Part shown: positions 23,017-34,523 of the stretch, one piece after another
Numbering within the stretch: the first letter of the stretch is position 1
Layout: the number at the start of each line of letters is the position of its first letter
Assembly: GCA_050331735.1 (NCBI GenBank)
Contig: JBHJGN010000037.1
Span: forward strand, 1 to 64,000
DNA length: 64,000 bases
Source: Cyanophyceae cyanobacterium
GTDB lineage: Bacteria > Cyanobacteriota > Cyanobacteriia > Cyanobacteriales > JBHJGN01
Reading direction: 5' to 3'
Notes under the pieces: generated by a model
What the model was told of the DNA's origin: nothing
What the model saw: the letters and a program-made list of their open reading frames with translations, nothing else
Database searches by the model: none
Made by a program: the position numbers and the translations under genes

Positions 23017-24240
23017 TTAACCGGGAGCGCGGCGACGCTCGTACCACTTCATCAGCGGCGTGGCGCTAATCCCATGCCCAATGACAGAGAGAACAATCAC
23101 GATAAAGGTGATCCAGGAGATCTGCTCGGCAATGGCTCCTTCTACCCCGTGACCGAGAGCATAGGTTAGGTAATAGAGCGAGCCAACGCCGCGAATGCCA
23201 AACCAGCCAAACAACCAGCGCATCGCTGGCTGTAGAGGAGAGCCAAGCATACTGACCCAAACCCCCAGCGGTCGAATCACAAAGAACAGTAAACCAGCAA
23301 CGAGTATGGCTTGCCAGAGGTTTTGAAAGATTGGTTCGGCGATCAGCAGCGTTCCCAGCAGTAAAATGGTAAAAATCTCTAGCAGCTTTTCAATCTGTTC
23401 GGTAAATTCTAGCTGTTCTAAACGCTTTTCCTGATCGCGGTAGTAATGGCTTTGCACCACGTAACCCGCAACAAAAACCGCGAGGAAACCATAGCCGTTG
23501 ACTAATTCTGTGAAAGAGTAGGTGAGCAAAATAGTGCTCAGCGCTACAAAATCCTCGATAACATCATCCGCCGGGCGAATGCGCTGCAATTGCTTATCGA
23601 GCCAAACGATGGCCCTCGCCACCAGCATTCCCATCACAATACCAGCGGTAATGGCCCACAGCAGGTCGATTCCGACCCAGCTTTTAAACCAGTTGTCCCA
23701 GTTGCTATCTTCGAGCCAGTAGATACCAAGGTAAACAAACGGGAAGGCTAAGGCATCGTTGAGGCCGCCTTCTGAGGTTAGCCCAAAGCGGAGCTCGTCT
23801 TTATCTTCGATGCTCGCTAGCTGAACTTCTGATGCCAGAACGGGGTCGGTAGGGGCGAGAACGGCTCCGAGGAGGACGGCGGCTCCCCCCGGCATTCCCA
23901 AGAGCCAGTGAGCGATCGCTGCCATAGCAATAATCGAAATCGGCATTAAAAATCCGATCAGCCGCGCCGTTGTCTTCCAATCCCAGATGTTAAAGGGGCG
24001 GTTCATCTTTAAGCCGCAGCCAAAGACGGATACAATGACGACAAATTCTGCTAACCGCTCCAAAAACTCGGCATCAGGACGAAGCTCGATCAGGCCAAAG
24101 CCGTAGGGACCAAGCAGAACACCAGCAACGAGGTAGATCAGAGCATAGGAAAGGGGCAAACGGGAGATCCAGCCGGAGCCCAGGGTAATAATCAGCAGCA
24201 GTAAGCCAAGTACGAGAAGTTTAAGAATATAGGGGTCCAT
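23017..24240 (-). CDS. CPA1/NhaP-type cation:proton antiporter
   Basis: LAPTDPV, SEGGLNDALAFP and WFGIRGVGSLYY motifs. Confidence 0.92.
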   Translation of the reverse strand: MDPYILKLLVLGLLLLIITLGSGWISRLPLSYALIYLVAGVLLGPYGFGLIELRPDAEFLERLAEFVVIVSVFGCGLKMNRPFNIWDWKTTARLIGFLMPISIIAMAAIAHWLLGMPGGAAVLLGAVLAPTDPVLASEVQLASIEDKDELRFGLTSEGGLNDALAFPFVYLGIYWLEDSNWDNWFKSWVGIDLLWAITAGIVMGMLVARAIVWLDKQLQRIRPADDVIEDFVALSTILLTYSFTELVNGYGFLAVFVAGYVVQSHYYRDQEKRLEQLEFTEQIEKLLEIFTILLLGTLLIAEPIFQNLWQAILVAGLLFFVIRPLGVWVSMLGSPLQPAMRWLFGWFGIRGVGSLYYLTYALGHGVEGAIAEQISWITFIVIVLSVIGHGISATPLMKWYERRRAPG

Positions 24241-24431
24241 TGGTAAGCCTTGCCGGGTTGAGACAGTCAGGTTTTGCTACAGCATCAGGAAGCCACTATA
24301 ATTCATTGCCAGCGGTTTTGGCTGATGTTTTCTTTCTGCTTACCGCACGACTTGCTTTGCTGCGTCGCTCCCAGACCGTAAAAAGATGTACTTCCTAGCT
24401 TGACTTCAGCTCAGTTTAGGCTGCTATAGTG

Positions 24432-24968
24432 CTAGTCCGTTATCCCCAGTTGATGAAGATCGAGGAGAAAAACGGTTAAAGTCTTTCCTCGCTCGGTGAG
24501 CACGGCCATCTCGTCAACCAGCGCCAACAAACCTTGGCGTTTAAAGGTTTTGGGCAGATTGCGGATGCTGTTGTGGGGGATTTTGAGCAAGTTCGGTGGT
24601 TCATCTACAGGAATTGCGTACAGCTCTTCCTGGCAGTAGGCAATGACGAGAAAAGGGGGGACGGAGGGAGTTTGACGGACAAGAAGCGGTGCAGCGGTAA
24701 CTTCGCCACCGTCAAGATTTGGGGGCATTGGGGCAGCAACATCTGTCCCGGCAGCTTTCGCCACTAAAGCCGCGCTGGTTGGCAATTGCTCGTGCAGGTT
24801 AAGCAGGGGAATAGGCTGCTCGCTCAGATAGATAAATCCTGTCGCTGCTGACTCGTTGTTGACTAAAGGATAATTGACAACTTTCACGACTGCATGAATG
24901 GGGAGCGCTAACAGAAACTTGGCAACGGGAAAAACCACGAAAGAGTCTGCTTCAGGTGAATGATGCAT
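24432..24968 (-). CDS. CheW-like adaptor
   Basis: LALPIHAVVKVV..IPLLNL..AIPVDEPP; last gene of the taxis cluster. Confidence 0.8.
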   Translation of the reverse strand: MHHSPEADSFVVFPVAKFLLALPIHAVVKVVNYPLVNNESAATGFIYLSEQPIPLLNLHEQLPTSAALVAKAAGTDVAAPMPPNLDGGEVTAAPLLVRQTPSVPPFLVIAYCQEELYAIPVDEPPNLLKIPHNSIRNLPKTFKRQGLLALVDEMAVLTERGKTLTVFLLDLHQLGITD

Positions 24969-24993
24969 GGTGAGAAAGCCTAGGGAATTAGCT

Positions 24994-27765
24994 TCATTGT
25001 GTCAGCAAACCGGTAACCGTCGCTAGCAACTGCTGCTCGGGACAGGGCTTATTGAGATAGGCGGCTGCCCCAAGCTCGAGCGCCATCAAGCGATGCTGTT
25101 GCTCGGTTTTCGAGGTTAAAATAACGACGGGAATGTTTGCCAGGGTCGGAGATTGCTGACAAGTGCGCAAAAATTCAAATCCGTTCATGTGGGGCATTTC
25201 CAGATCGCAAACCACCACATGAATTTCTGCATTTTGAAGAGTCTGGAGGGCGCGATCGCCGTCTTCTGCCTGCATGACCTGAAAGCCAAATTTTTCTAGC
25301 GTCAGCGCGAGGTTTTGTCGCAGAGTCAGAGAATCATCGACCAGCAACACCGTCGCTGCCGACTCCGCCTCTGGGAGGCGAAGGGTATGAATGGGTCGCT
25401 GCTCGGAGGGGAGAATCGGTAACTGGGATACCGAGCTTTTCTGGGGGCGATTGCGCTCCAGCGCCTGCTTGGCCAGCGCGCCCCCATCGATGGCGAGGGT
25501 CAAACGACCATCAGGGAGAATACTGCCCCCGTAAACGTAGGGAGGCGGTACGATCGCCGCGCCTAGCGGTCGAATGACGAGCTCCTGTTCGCCGATAATT
25601 TGGTCTACTTCTATGCCCAACAGTTGCTCTTCCGACCGAAGCAAAATCACCATTCCTCCGGGCTCAGCGGCCATAGCAGCGGGGGCGATCACCGGCCCCG
25701 TATCAGGAGTCGTTGTCGGGGAGCTGTAGGACAACAGTTGCTCGAGTCGATAAATCCCGATCAGCCGTTCGCGCTCTTCTATGCGCCATTTGAGAGCTTT
25801 AACTCCCTGCTTCAGAAAAATTTGGTGTGGTTGAGGAACGAGCACTTGCTCGACGGCATCCGTGAGAAAAGCGTAAGTGGTTGAACCAGTCTGAGCCAGC
25901 AGCAGCTTAGACATCGTGAGGCTAAACGGAATCTGCAACACAAACGTCGTGCCTCGCTGCGGTTCAGAATAAACCGAGACAGCTCCCTGGAGAGATTCAA
26001 TGTGGGCACGGACGGCATCCAAACCAATGCCTCGACCGGACAGATTGTTAACCTGTTCTGTTGTTGAAAACCCCGGCTCAAACAAGATATCCATCAGTTG
26101 GGCTTCATCGAGCTGAGCAGCTTCCTGGGGAGACATCAGCCGTTCCCCGGCTCGCTGACGGATACGCTCGTAGTTAATTCCCTGGCCGTCATCTCGCACT
26201 TCTATGGTGAGATGGCTACCCTGATAGTACGCTCGAATGTCGATGGTTCCGGTTTGGGCTTTGCCCCGCTGCTGACGGACCTCGGGAAGCTCAATGCCGT
26301 GGTCGAACGCATTGCGAACTAAGTGCAGCAGCGGGTCGTACAGCTTCTCGGCGACTGCTTTATCAAGCAAAATGTCCCTGCCGTGGAGGGTGAGAGTCAC
26401 TGGTTTGTGGTGCAGCGTTTCTAACTGCTGTAGCAAAGGCGGTAAGCGACTAAAAATTTCCCCAAGCGGCATCATGCGAGCCTCCAGAAGCCGATCGAGG
26501 GTACTGGTAAACAAAATCCGCTGTTTCTCTCCCACCTGACTCGACCGGCGGCAGAGAGCATCGAGGGACTCGAACACGACTTCTAGTCCCTCGGCACTGT
26601 CTAGCAGAGGTTCAACGAAGGAAGGTTCGTCACTGCTCGATGCTGACGTCTCAAGCTTGAGCCGGGCTAGCAGATGCCGATGCTGCCCCCACCTGGCTAG
26701 CAAGGTTTGTACGGTACGCTGTAGCTGTTCGTCTTGAAGGGACTGGCGGTTCTGATTCGTGAGCAGTTCTCCAGCAAGATAATTGAGGCGCTCTAAATGC
26801 TCAACCTCGATGCGAACTGTGGGCGCCGGGGAAACCGGTTCTCTGGGAGGTGGTGCTTCGGCGGAGGGAGCTGACCATAGCTCCAGGAAAGCCTCTTCAT
26901 CGATTTCGTCTGCCCCAACATCGATAGCCTGAATAGACAAATCGAGCGGCTCTGCTTCCGGTTCTCGATCCTGTTCTAGTTGTGCCTCGGTAATCCACTG
27001 CTGGAGGTGGTTGAGCGTTCCACCGCAGGAGCGATCGCCGGCGAGAACGTCTGCCTGGGCCTGCTGGAAGTCGGCCCAGGCTGCTTCGGCAATCCTCATC
27101 ACCTGATCGGGATGGGAGGTCAGCGCCCTTGTCGTCGCCTGAGCGAGGTCACCAAATCCCGGCAAATTGAGGGACTGAGCTAACCCCAAAAATACCTCTG
27201 CCTGGGTTTGCAGGGAATCCGTCACCGCTTGGGGGTCGCCAGTGGCGATCGCCTCGGCAATCTGCTCGAGGCGCTGCGCTACTCCCACTTCAAAAATAGA
27301 CTGGGTAACATCAAAGCCCAGTTCTTCTGAAGTCGGCAAATAAGCTTCCTCTCCGAAACAGTCTCCGAGCTTTTCCTGGAGCTGGGTAAACACCACCGCT
27401 GCCCGGTCAAAGACATCCGAGTGATCGGTCTGACTGCCCGTCAGTTCCGCCATAAGCGGAATCCGTAAGCATTCGTACCCCTCCCGCAGCAGGGCTTCTG
27501 TTTCGGCATCAATGGTCGTATTGGGCTTACAGAGCACTTTAAAAATGTCCTCTAGCGAGTGAGCCACTGACTTGATGCTTTCCAAGCCCACACTGGCGGC
27601 AGCTCCTTTAAGAGTATGGGTTGTCCGCATCAGGGTATGAACTTTATTGATGCTCCAGTTTTCACGCAGATTGAGCAGTTCCTGCTCTAAAACATGAAGC
27701 AGTTCCGGCGCTTCCTGAAGAAAGTAAGCGTAGCTTTGATCGCGAATCGTTGGGTCAGTCGTCAT
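24994..27765 (-). CDS. CheA-like hybrid histidine kinase (Hpt-kinase-CheW-receiver)
   Basis: HTLKGAA Hpt, HLVRNAFDHGIE, GFSTT..SGRGIGLD, CheW domain and C-terminal receiver (DLEMP). Confidence 0.95.
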   Translation of the reverse strand: MTTDPTIRDQSYAYFLQEAPELLHVLEQELLNLRENWSINKVHTLMRTTHTLKGAAASVGLESIKSVAHSLEDIFKVLCKPNTTIDAETEALLREGYECLRIPLMAELTGSQTDHSDVFDRAAVVFTQLQEKLGDCFGEEAYLPTSEELGFDVTQSIFEVGVAQRLEQIAEAIATGDPQAVTDSLQTQAEVFLGLAQSLNLPGFGDLAQATTRALTSHPDQVMRIAEAAWADFQQAQADVLAGDRSCGGTLNHLQQWITEAQLEQDREPEAEPLDLSIQAIDVGADEIDEEAFLELWSAPSAEAPPPREPVSPAPTVRIEVEHLERLNYLAGELLTNQNRQSLQDEQLQRTVQTLLARWGQHRHLLARLKLETSASSSDEPSFVEPLLDSAEGLEVVFESLDALCRRSSQVGEKQRILFTSTLDRLLEARMMPLGEIFSRLPPLLQQLETLHHKPVTLTLHGRDILLDKAVAEKLYDPLLHLVRNAFDHGIELPEVRQQRGKAQTGTIDIRAYYQGSHLTIEVRDDGQGINYERIRQRAGERLMSPQEAAQLDEAQLMDILFEPGFSTTEQVNNLSGRGIGLDAVRAHIESLQGAVSVYSEPQRGTTFVLQIPFSLTMSKLLLAQTGSTTYAFLTDAVEQVLVPQPHQIFLKQGVKALKWRIEERERLIGIYRLEQLLSYSSPTTTPDTGPVIAPAAMAAEPGGMVILLRSEEQLLGIEVDQIIGEQELVIRPLGAAIVPPPYVYGGSILPDGRLTLAIDGGALAKQALERNRPQKSSVSQLPILPSEQRPIHTLRLPEAESAATVLLVDDSLTLRQNLALTLEKFGFQVMQAEDGDRALQTLQNAEIHVVVCDLEMPHMNGFEFLRTCQQSPTLANIPVVILTSKTEQQHRLMALELGAAAYLNKPCPEQQLLATVTGLLTQ

Positions 27766-27936
27766 AATCGCTCTGATTGGAGAGTAGTAGACATGGAGAT
27801 CAAAAGAGGGGGAAGCCGCGATCGCGGCGGAAAAAGGGAGCTTGATTAGTTTGTTCCTTATCTATATTTTTTCCCCGCCGCGATCGCGACAATTTTCCCT
27901 TTCCCCTTTCCCCGTCCCGCCGGGACTTTTTGCTGC

Positions 27937-30900
27937 TTATTCGACTTTAAATTGCTTGACGCTGGCCTGTAGGTTATGAGCTACTTTTAAGAGTTCCTCA
28001 AAGGAAGCAGATAGCTGAGTAGAATCGTCAGAGGTCGCGGAGGCGATGCTGGCCACGTCGCTCATAATGTGAGTCACCGATTCTGACTGTTCCTTATGAA
28101 TTTGCGTGGCTTCCGTAATGCTGGTTACTAGCCTGCTAATTTCGGCGGTAGCTGCCACGATGGCGGTTAGCTTTTGGCGAGCTTCATCCACCAAATCTGT
28201 TCCGGTGACGACCTGCTGACGTCCCGTTTCCATTTCTGAGGCCACCGCTGCCGTTCCCTCCTGAATTTCCTGCACCAGCGTACTAATTTCGGTAGTCGCT
28301 GCTGCCGACTGCCGAGCAAGCGAGCGTACTTCATCGGCGACTACGGCAAACCCCCGCCCGTATTCGCCAGCTCGGGTGGCTTCAATAGCGGCATTCAGGG
28401 CCAAGAGCTGAGTTTGGGTCGAGAAGCTGCTAATGAGGCTCACGACCTTAGAAATCTTCTGGGACGACTCGCTCAGTCGCTCTAGGCGCAGATTCGTTTC
28501 CGTCACGGTTTTCTGAATATCGAGGATGGCTTCGACGGTGCGATTCATCGCGACATCCCCTTGCTCGACCGTCTCGTTCGTACGCTGGGCCGCTGCTTCT
28601 ACCTGCTGAGCGTTGGTGGCAACTGCTTCGGTAGAATCACGCATCGCCTCGATCTGACCCAACGCCTGCTCAACGGACTGGAATTGTTTCTGGGCTTGGG
28701 CAGTCAGAGCGGCAAGGTCGCTTTCGCTAGACTGGGAAGTGTCGCTGACTTCCTGCGCCGCTTGCTGAAGCTGCACCACAATCTTTTTCATGCTTTGCAG
28801 AATGTTGTTGTAGGCGCTGGCAATGGTTCCGATCTCGTCTTCAGTAATGGGAACTCGAACGGTCAGATTGCCATCCAAAGCGGGTCTGACGGCAATCAGC
28901 AGGTCGCTCGCTCGCTGCTGAAGCTGTTCTTTGGCGGCTTTCTCTCGTTTAGCGACTTTGACTAGTTGCTCAGACTGACGGCGAATCTGGTTGACGTAAT
29001 CTGCCTGTTTCAACACCGCACCTACCTGGACTCCAACCTGAGCAAGAATACTCACTTCCGATTCTTCCCATTCCCGAGGACCGGAGTTTTGATAGGCTCC
29101 CAAAATTCCCCACAGGTGCTGATCCACAAAGACCGGAACGGTCGCATAGGCTCTCGCCTCCATCTGCTCGAGTAGTTCGATATGGCAGGGAGCATGGTCG
29201 GCAGCATAAATATCGTTAACGGCGAGGGTTTCGTTATGGCGATAGCGTCCGCCTTCCGTTTCTTGTAGATAGGTATCTTCGACCACCGGCACCATTTCCA
29301 TCAAGTAACTCCATCCCGCCGTGACGGATTCGGACACAAACTTACCGCTCCAGTCTGAGTTGAATTTGTAGAGCGCTACGCGCTCGACTTTTAGGAGCTG
29401 CCGCACTTCCTGGGCCATCGTTTTAAAGATGGTCTGAAAGTCCGACGAGCGCAATAGCCGATTGGTGAGTTTGGTGACGGCTCGCTCTCTAGATGCTAAT
29501 TGAGCGAGCTGCTCAGACTGCTGGTTAATCTGCTTCAAAGACTCCGCCTGCTGTAGGGCTACTCCCAAAGGACGGCTAACCTGAAGCATGATTTCTATTT
29601 CTTCAGATTTCCACTGACGCGGACCCGTGTTTTGATACACTCCCATCAAGCCCCAGTACTCTTCTCCTCGGTAAATCGGCACAATCACGTAGGCTCTGAC
29701 CTGGTATTTCTCCAGGTTTTCCAGGTAGCAGGGAGAAAATTCCATCTCATAGATATCGTCTACCCGAATGTATCCTTCTCCCCGGGCATAGATTTCTCCT
29801 CGTGTTTCTTTAATTTTGCTATCGGCATTAAAGGTGTTGGGAATTGCCAAGTCCTGTATAGGGCACTGGTCATAGCTGACCCGATCTCCCTGGAGGCTGG
29901 GATCGGTTTCCTCTAAACTCCGCAGAGGAGTCCAGCCAGCACCAACGGATTCGGCGACCACCCTGCCGCTCCAGTCGGGGTTGAAGCGATAGAGCAAAAA
30001 GCGATCGGCCCCGAGCAAGCGCCGCAGTTCTTGAGTGGTGGTTCTCAGTACGCTATCAATATCGAGAGACTGGCGTACGCGCTCGACAATTCTGGTCACG
30101 GTGCGCTCTCTTTCGGCAATTTGGGCAAGCTGCTCGGCTTTACGCTGAAGCTGGCGGCGGTCTTCGGCTTTTTGCAGAGCAATTCCCAAGGAAGTACTGA
30201 GCCGCAGCAATAAATCTACTTCCGCATCTTCCCAGTGACGGGGGCCAGAGTTTTGATAGGCGGCTAGCAACCCCCAGTATTGTTCATTTTGAAAAATCGG
30301 AACGAGAATATAGGCTTTAGCCTGATACCGCTCTAGCTTGTCTACATAGCAGGAGGTAAATCCCTGGGTGTAGATATCGTCAACGCGCTTAAACGTTTCG
30401 CCTCCTCTGCTATAGCCGCCGCCCTTGGTTTCCTGTAAATAGGTGTCCGTATCTATAATTGAGGGGGCTTCTAAATCTTTGAGGTTACAGCGGTCGGTAA
30501 CAACGAGATGGTCGGAGGTCAAAATGGCGTCTTTTTTCTGCTCCTCCATGACAGAAATCCATCCTGCCGCGACGGATTCAGCAATAAACTCACCGCTCCA
30601 GTTGGGATTAAAGCGATAGATGACTGCGCGGTCCGCTCTGAGCAACCGCCGCAGTTCTTCGGTGGTGGTTCTAAAGATAGTGCTTAAGTCAGAAGAACGC
30701 TGGATCTTCTCAATTACTGTGTCGAGAACTTTTTGCTGTTGAGCCTGTTGCTGGAGACGAACGTAGTAATCAGATTGCTGGTGTCGTAACGTCAGCTCGC
30801 TCACAAGCGCCGTGAGCAGGTTAATCTCTCGTTCCTGCCACTGACGCGGACCGGAACACTGCTGCACCACAAGTAAGCCCCAAACTTGGTTTTCGGTGAT

Positions 30901-31530
30901 AATCGGGAGGCTGAGGCTAGCGTGAACCTGAAACTTCTCTAGTAGCTGGAGTTGGTAAGGAGTCAGTCCAGCCTGACGGATATCGCTAATAACGACGGCT
31001 TTGTGGAGAGAAGCATCTGCCGATAGCCCAAAGGCCTGGACGGGTAATACTTCTCCTTGGCTCGGAGTATAGCCACTAACCAGCGATTCGGCGAGGACAA
31101 GGCCCTGCTCCTCGCTTTGAAAGCAGAACATTAGCGCACGATCGCAGCGCAGATAGGAGCGCACCTCATCAACGGCGGTGGTGTAGAGCTGTTCGTCTGG
31201 TGAGGAGCGAATAGCAGCGGCGGTCGCCTGGAGCTGTTGCCGCTCCTCCTGAATCAGTTGCTCAAAAGCAGCCGTTAGTTTCTCCTGGAATCTGCCGTGG
31301 AGAATTTGAGACAGTTTTTCAAACTGGGCCTTTTTGTGGTATTCCTTGGCGGGAGTCAATAATCCAGCCTCTTCGAGTTCGTTCTTGATGCTGATGATAA
31401 AAGTATTGTCTTGATGAATCGGAATCTGATAGTTAGGAACCCAGCCGCTATCGCTAGCGAGGGAAAGCGTCTGGTCCTGGGGCTCTTTGTCTGACGAATG
31501 ATTTGATTTAGATTGGTTAAATAACTGCAT
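27937..31530 (-). CDS. Soluble multi-GAF cyanobacteriochrome methyl-accepting chemotaxis protein (PixJ/PtxD-like)
   Basis: Four GAF repeats, HAMP-like segment and MCP signature [28 protein letters not shown]; no TM segment; start taken at ATG 31530. Confidence 0.93.
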   Translation of the reverse strand: MQLFNQSKSNHSSDKEPQDQTLSLASDSGWVPNYQIPIHQDNTFIISIKNELEEAGLLTPAKEYHKKAQFEKLSQILHGRFQEKLTAAFEQLIQEERQQLQATAAAIRSSPDEQLYTTAVDEVRSYLRCDRALMFCFQSEEQGLVLAESLVSGYTPSQGEVLPVQAFGLSADASLHKAVVISDIRQAGLTPYQLQLLEKFQVHASLSLPIITENQVWGLLVVQQCSGPRQWQEREINLLTALVSELTLRHQQSDYYVRLQQQAQQQKVLDTVIEKIQRSSDLSTIFRTTTEELRRLLRADRAVIYRFNPNWSGEFIAESVAAGWISVMEEQKKDAILTSDHLVVTDRCNLKDLEAPSIIDTDTYLQETKGGGYSRGGETFKRVDDIYTQGFTSCYVDKLERYQAKAYILVPIFQNEQYWGLLAAYQNSGPRHWEDAEVDLLLRLSTSLGIALQKAEDRRQLQRKAEQLAQIAERERTVTRIVERVRQSLDIDSVLRTTTQELRRLLGADRFLLYRFNPDWSGRVVAESVGAGWTPLRSLEETDPSLQGDRVSYDQCPIQDLAIPNTFNADSKIKETRGEIYARGEGYIRVDDIYEMEFSPCYLENLEKYQVRAYVIVPIYRGEEYWGLMGVYQNTGPRQWKSEEIEIMLQVSRPLGVALQQAESLKQINQQSEQLAQLASRERAVTKLTNRLLRSSDFQTIFKTMAQEVRQLLKVERVALYKFNSDWSGKFVSESVTAGWSYLMEMVPVVEDTYLQETEGGRYRHNETLAVNDIYAADHAPCHIELLEQMEARAYATVPVFVDQHLWGILGAYQNSGPREWEESEVSILAQVGVQVGAVLKQADYVNQIRRQSEQLVKVAKREKAAKEQLQQRASDLLIAVRPALDGNLTVRVPITEDEIGTIASAYNNILQSMKKIVVQLQQAAQEVSDTSQSSESDLAALTAQAQKQFQSVEQALGQIEAMRDSTEAVATNAQQVEAAAQRTNETVEQGDVAMNRTVEAILDIQKTVTETNLRLERLSESSQKISKVVSLISSFSTQTQLLALNAAIEATRAGEYGRGFAVVADEVRSLARQSAAATTEISTLVQEIQEGTAAVASEMETGRQQVVTGTDLVDEARQKLTAIVAATAEISRLVTSITEATQIHKEQSESVTHIMSDVASIASATSDDSTQLSASFEELLKVAHNLQASVKQFKVE

Positions 31531-31611
31531 GATTATTCTTGCTAGGGGGATTTTAAATAGTTTGAGAAGGTTCAGGAAAGAGTCGTAGAGGAGCTGCCTC
31601 ACCCTTGCTAG

Positions 31612-32121
31612 CTAGCTGCGGTGAGTCTGCCAAGCCGGGTAGCGGGCGATCGCCTCTGGGGCTAACACCACGCTGCCGTCTTCGGGTAAATAGCCTTGCA
31701 GAAATGGCAGTAAGCTTTGGGGAAACACCCCCGGCTCAGCCGGCTGAATGCGATGCGGCTCGTACTGCTCAACATCATCAACCGCTGGCACCACCGCTCC
31801 CAGAAACTGTTCGTTGATTTGAATGACCATAACCGAGGCAGTTTCGTCTTGGCGGTCTAGGGATAAATCACCAACCAAATGACTGAGATCGATCAGCCAC
31901 AGCATTTTTCCACGCCAGTTGTAGATGCCCAAGACACAGCTTGGCATTTCTGGTACTGGCAAAATGTTTGCTGTTTGGATCGCCAGCACTTCTGCTAACT
32001 GCTCGAGGGGAAGCAACCCGCTATCGGAGTTCCCCAGAGCGAAGCGCAAAAAAGCAGTCTGCGTTTGCTCCTGAGAGAGTTCAGTCAGGGTCGTCAGGTT
32101 AGAAATTAAATCAGAGTTCAT
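31612..32121 (-). CDS. CheW adaptor
   Basis: PVPEMPSCVLGIYNWRGKMLWLIDL motif. Confidence 0.92.
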   Translation of the reverse strand: MNSDLISNLTTLTELSQEQTQTAFLRFALGNSDSGLLPLEQLAEVLAIQTANILPVPEMPSCVLGIYNWRGKMLWLIDLSHLVGDLSLDRQDETASVMVIQINEQFLGAVVPAVDDVEQYEPHRIQPAEPGVFPQSLLPFLQGYLPEDGSVVLAPEAIARYPAWQTHRS

Positions 32122-32486
32122 CGGGAGACGAGCAACTGTTGGACCACGGGAATGAGTTGTTGCGGATCGACGGGTTTTGCTAAATAGGCACTGGCTCCGA
32201 GCATTGTTCCCCAGAGTTTATCCACATCGGTTCCCTTACTGGAATAGATTACCACCGGAATTTGTTTGGTCTCATCATTCGTCTTCAAGCTATGACAAAT
32301 TTCAAATCCGCTCTGACCCGGTAGCATCACATCAAGAATAACGAGATCTGGTTTTTGTGACTGTAGCTGGGTTAACGCCTCTTCCCCCGTCGTGACGCTA
32401 ATAATTGTTAACCCCATCTGTCGCAGGCAGCGGGTGATAACCTCCGAGTCGGTGAGGCTATCTTCAACAACAAGAACTGTACTCAC
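32118..32486 (-). CDS. CheY-like single-domain response regulator
   Basis: VLVVED, LDVMLP and YLAKP motifs; GTG start. Confidence 0.93.
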   Translation of the reverse strand: MSTVLVVEDSLTDSEVITRCLRQMGLTIISVTTGEEALTQLQSQKPDLVILDVMLPGQSGFEICHSLKTNDETKQIPVVIYSSKGTDVDKLWGTMLGASAYLAKPVDPQQLIPVVQQLLVSR

Positions 32487-32777
32487 GTCTCTCCTAAAAA
32501 TTTCAAAGGAATGTCTCTAAATGTTGAATTCAGACCTGCTGAGCCTGCTTTCTTAAAATTGTGCCAAAAATACTGACTTTAGGTCTAATTCAGCAAAAAC
32601 TGGAATTCAGAGGTCTGAAATAAGATTATTTGTACTCAATCAGTCTTCAGACTAACAGGATTTTAAAGTCTTTTTGACGGTTCCTGCGCCTCTATATGCT
32701 GCTCGGTAACACAGGCAGTAGTGACTGACGAGGAGAGCACGGCGGTTTTGGAGACGGGAGCCTGAAATAATTGGGTG

Positions 32778-34007
32778 CTAAGCATCGCTGGAATGATTTT
32801 GTTCTCGTCTCAGCCTCAGTTTAAGGGGATTGGCGAGCGGCAGATACTGTCGCAGAATGGCCAACACTTTTCTCTGGTCGATTGGTTTAGCCAGAAAATC
32901 TGTTGAGCGAACAATCCGAGCGCGAACCCGGTCGACAATCCCGTCGCTATTCGTCACAATAATCACGGGAATTTCTTTAAAAGCCGAAGTCCGCCGGATT
33001 TGAGCACAGATTTCATAGCCGTTGGCAATCGGCATCACTAAATCCAGAAAAATTAGGCTTGGCTTACTTTCTAGCAGCGTTGGCAGCGCCATGACCGGGT
33101 CTTGAAGACTTAAATACCGATAGCCTGCTTTCGTAACGATCTGTTCCATCACTCGACTATCTCTGGGACTATCGTCGATGTAGGCGACCAGGGGAGCAGA
33201 GGATTCTGGCTGAGCTGGCGTAGAAACATAAAGCGAGCTAGAGACCGCTGGTTGCGATTCTCCTCGCTCTAGATCCGCGACCTCGACTAACTGGACGATG
33301 CCTCGCCGGAGGAAAGGAACGAGCGAGCGAGCGAGCAGAGATGGCTCTTGCTTTAACTTGCAGGCTAAATCTCTCAAACTGTGCTGCCCGTCAATCAGGG
33401 TCGCCAGCTTTCGGTATACAGTAGCTGAAGCCTGTAGTTCAGCAGGTTTAACCAGAACAGGAGCGAGATTCGGCGAGCAGTCTTCTAACCCAGCCTCTTG
33501 CCAGAGTTTCCACGCCTGCTGTGCCTGGGTCCAGGCTTGGTCAGGAGCGATAAAAACTAGCGGAGAAGAGTAGAGAGTATCTTCTGGACGATAAGAGTAG
33601 AGCAATCGCTCACTAGTAGGGGAGGAGCGCAGCAGTGCCTCGCGCTGAATCAGATCGAAGAGAAGCTCTGTCACTCCGGCCCGGGTAATGCCAATCATCT
33701 GCTCGCGCCGGATACGGTGGAGCTTAACCTGTTTTGCTAATGTTGGGTAGTCGATAGTGTTGTATTGCCAGAAACTCGCTAGATCGCTTCCTACTTGTGG
33801 GCAGTGCTGAGAGATATTTCTGCGCCACCGCCGCAGCGGATGCTCTCCGCCAGATTCACCGATGAGATGGCCAAGCTGAAAATACAAGCTCCACTGCCGA
33901 CCGTCAAAGTCCCTAACTTCTAGTCGTCCTTTCGTGAGCTGTCTTTGGCTGAAAGCCCAGAGCCAATCAGACAGATTTTTCGCCATTGTTGGGTTAGTTG
34001 TCATCAA
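32778..34007 (-). CDS. PatA-family response regulator (PATAN + receiver)
   Basis: HPLRRWRR N-terminal domain and C-terminal receiver YIDDS..LDLVMP..FLAKP; first gene of the taxis cluster. Confidence 0.92.
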   Translation of the reverse strand: MMTTNPTMAKNLSDWLWAFSQRQLTKGRLEVRDFDGRQWSLYFQLGHLIGESGGEHPLRRWRRNISQHCPQVGSDLASFWQYNTIDYPTLAKQVKLHRIRREQMIGITRAGVTELLFDLIQREALLRSSPTSERLLYSYRPEDTLYSSPLVFIAPDQAWTQAQQAWKLWQEAGLEDCSPNLAPVLVKPAELQASATVYRKLATLIDGQHSLRDLACKLKQEPSLLARSLVPFLRRGIVQLVEVADLERGESQPAVSSSLYVSTPAQPESSAPLVAYIDDSPRDSRVMEQIVTKAGYRYLSLQDPVMALPTLLESKPSLIFLDLVMPIANGYEICAQIRRTSAFKEIPVIIVTNSDGIVDRVRARIVRSTDFLAKPIDQRKVLAILRQYLPLANPLKLRLRREQNHSSDA

Positions 34008-34523
34008 GCGAGTAGGATAGTCGTCTATCGGAAGATTGCGCCGTTGGGGGCAATCTTCACTAGAATTTTACCAGCATTATCAAAAAGGCAAGCTCTAACG
34101 CTTTCATCCTCTGGTTGTTAGTGACGGCACAAAATTTGGCGAAATCAACGCTTGAATTTCAAAGTAACATTTCGTTGGCAAGCTCCCCCTATAAAGTCAT
34201 GTCTAGCTGCTGAAAAGTAACAAGTTTGGACAGTTATTAGATTTGAGGAGAATACTTGTCATCGTCCTGACACGAAAATGTTGGTCAAGGCTGACCAAAG
34301 AGGATAGCCCTAAGAAGGGAGGCGAAATGAATGAGAAGAGGCAGGGGGCAGAAGGCATTCTCGCAGGAGGAAAGCAACGAAACACAACTAACACCGCTGC
34401 CTACCGGCTTTAGGTTTTCTGTGCGGACAGCTCACGGTAGTGACTCTGATTTGCCACCGGTGTCCTTGTCTTCGCAGCGTCCGGAGCCTCCATCTGGGAG
34501 CCAGTTGTGTCCTGGAACCGAAA

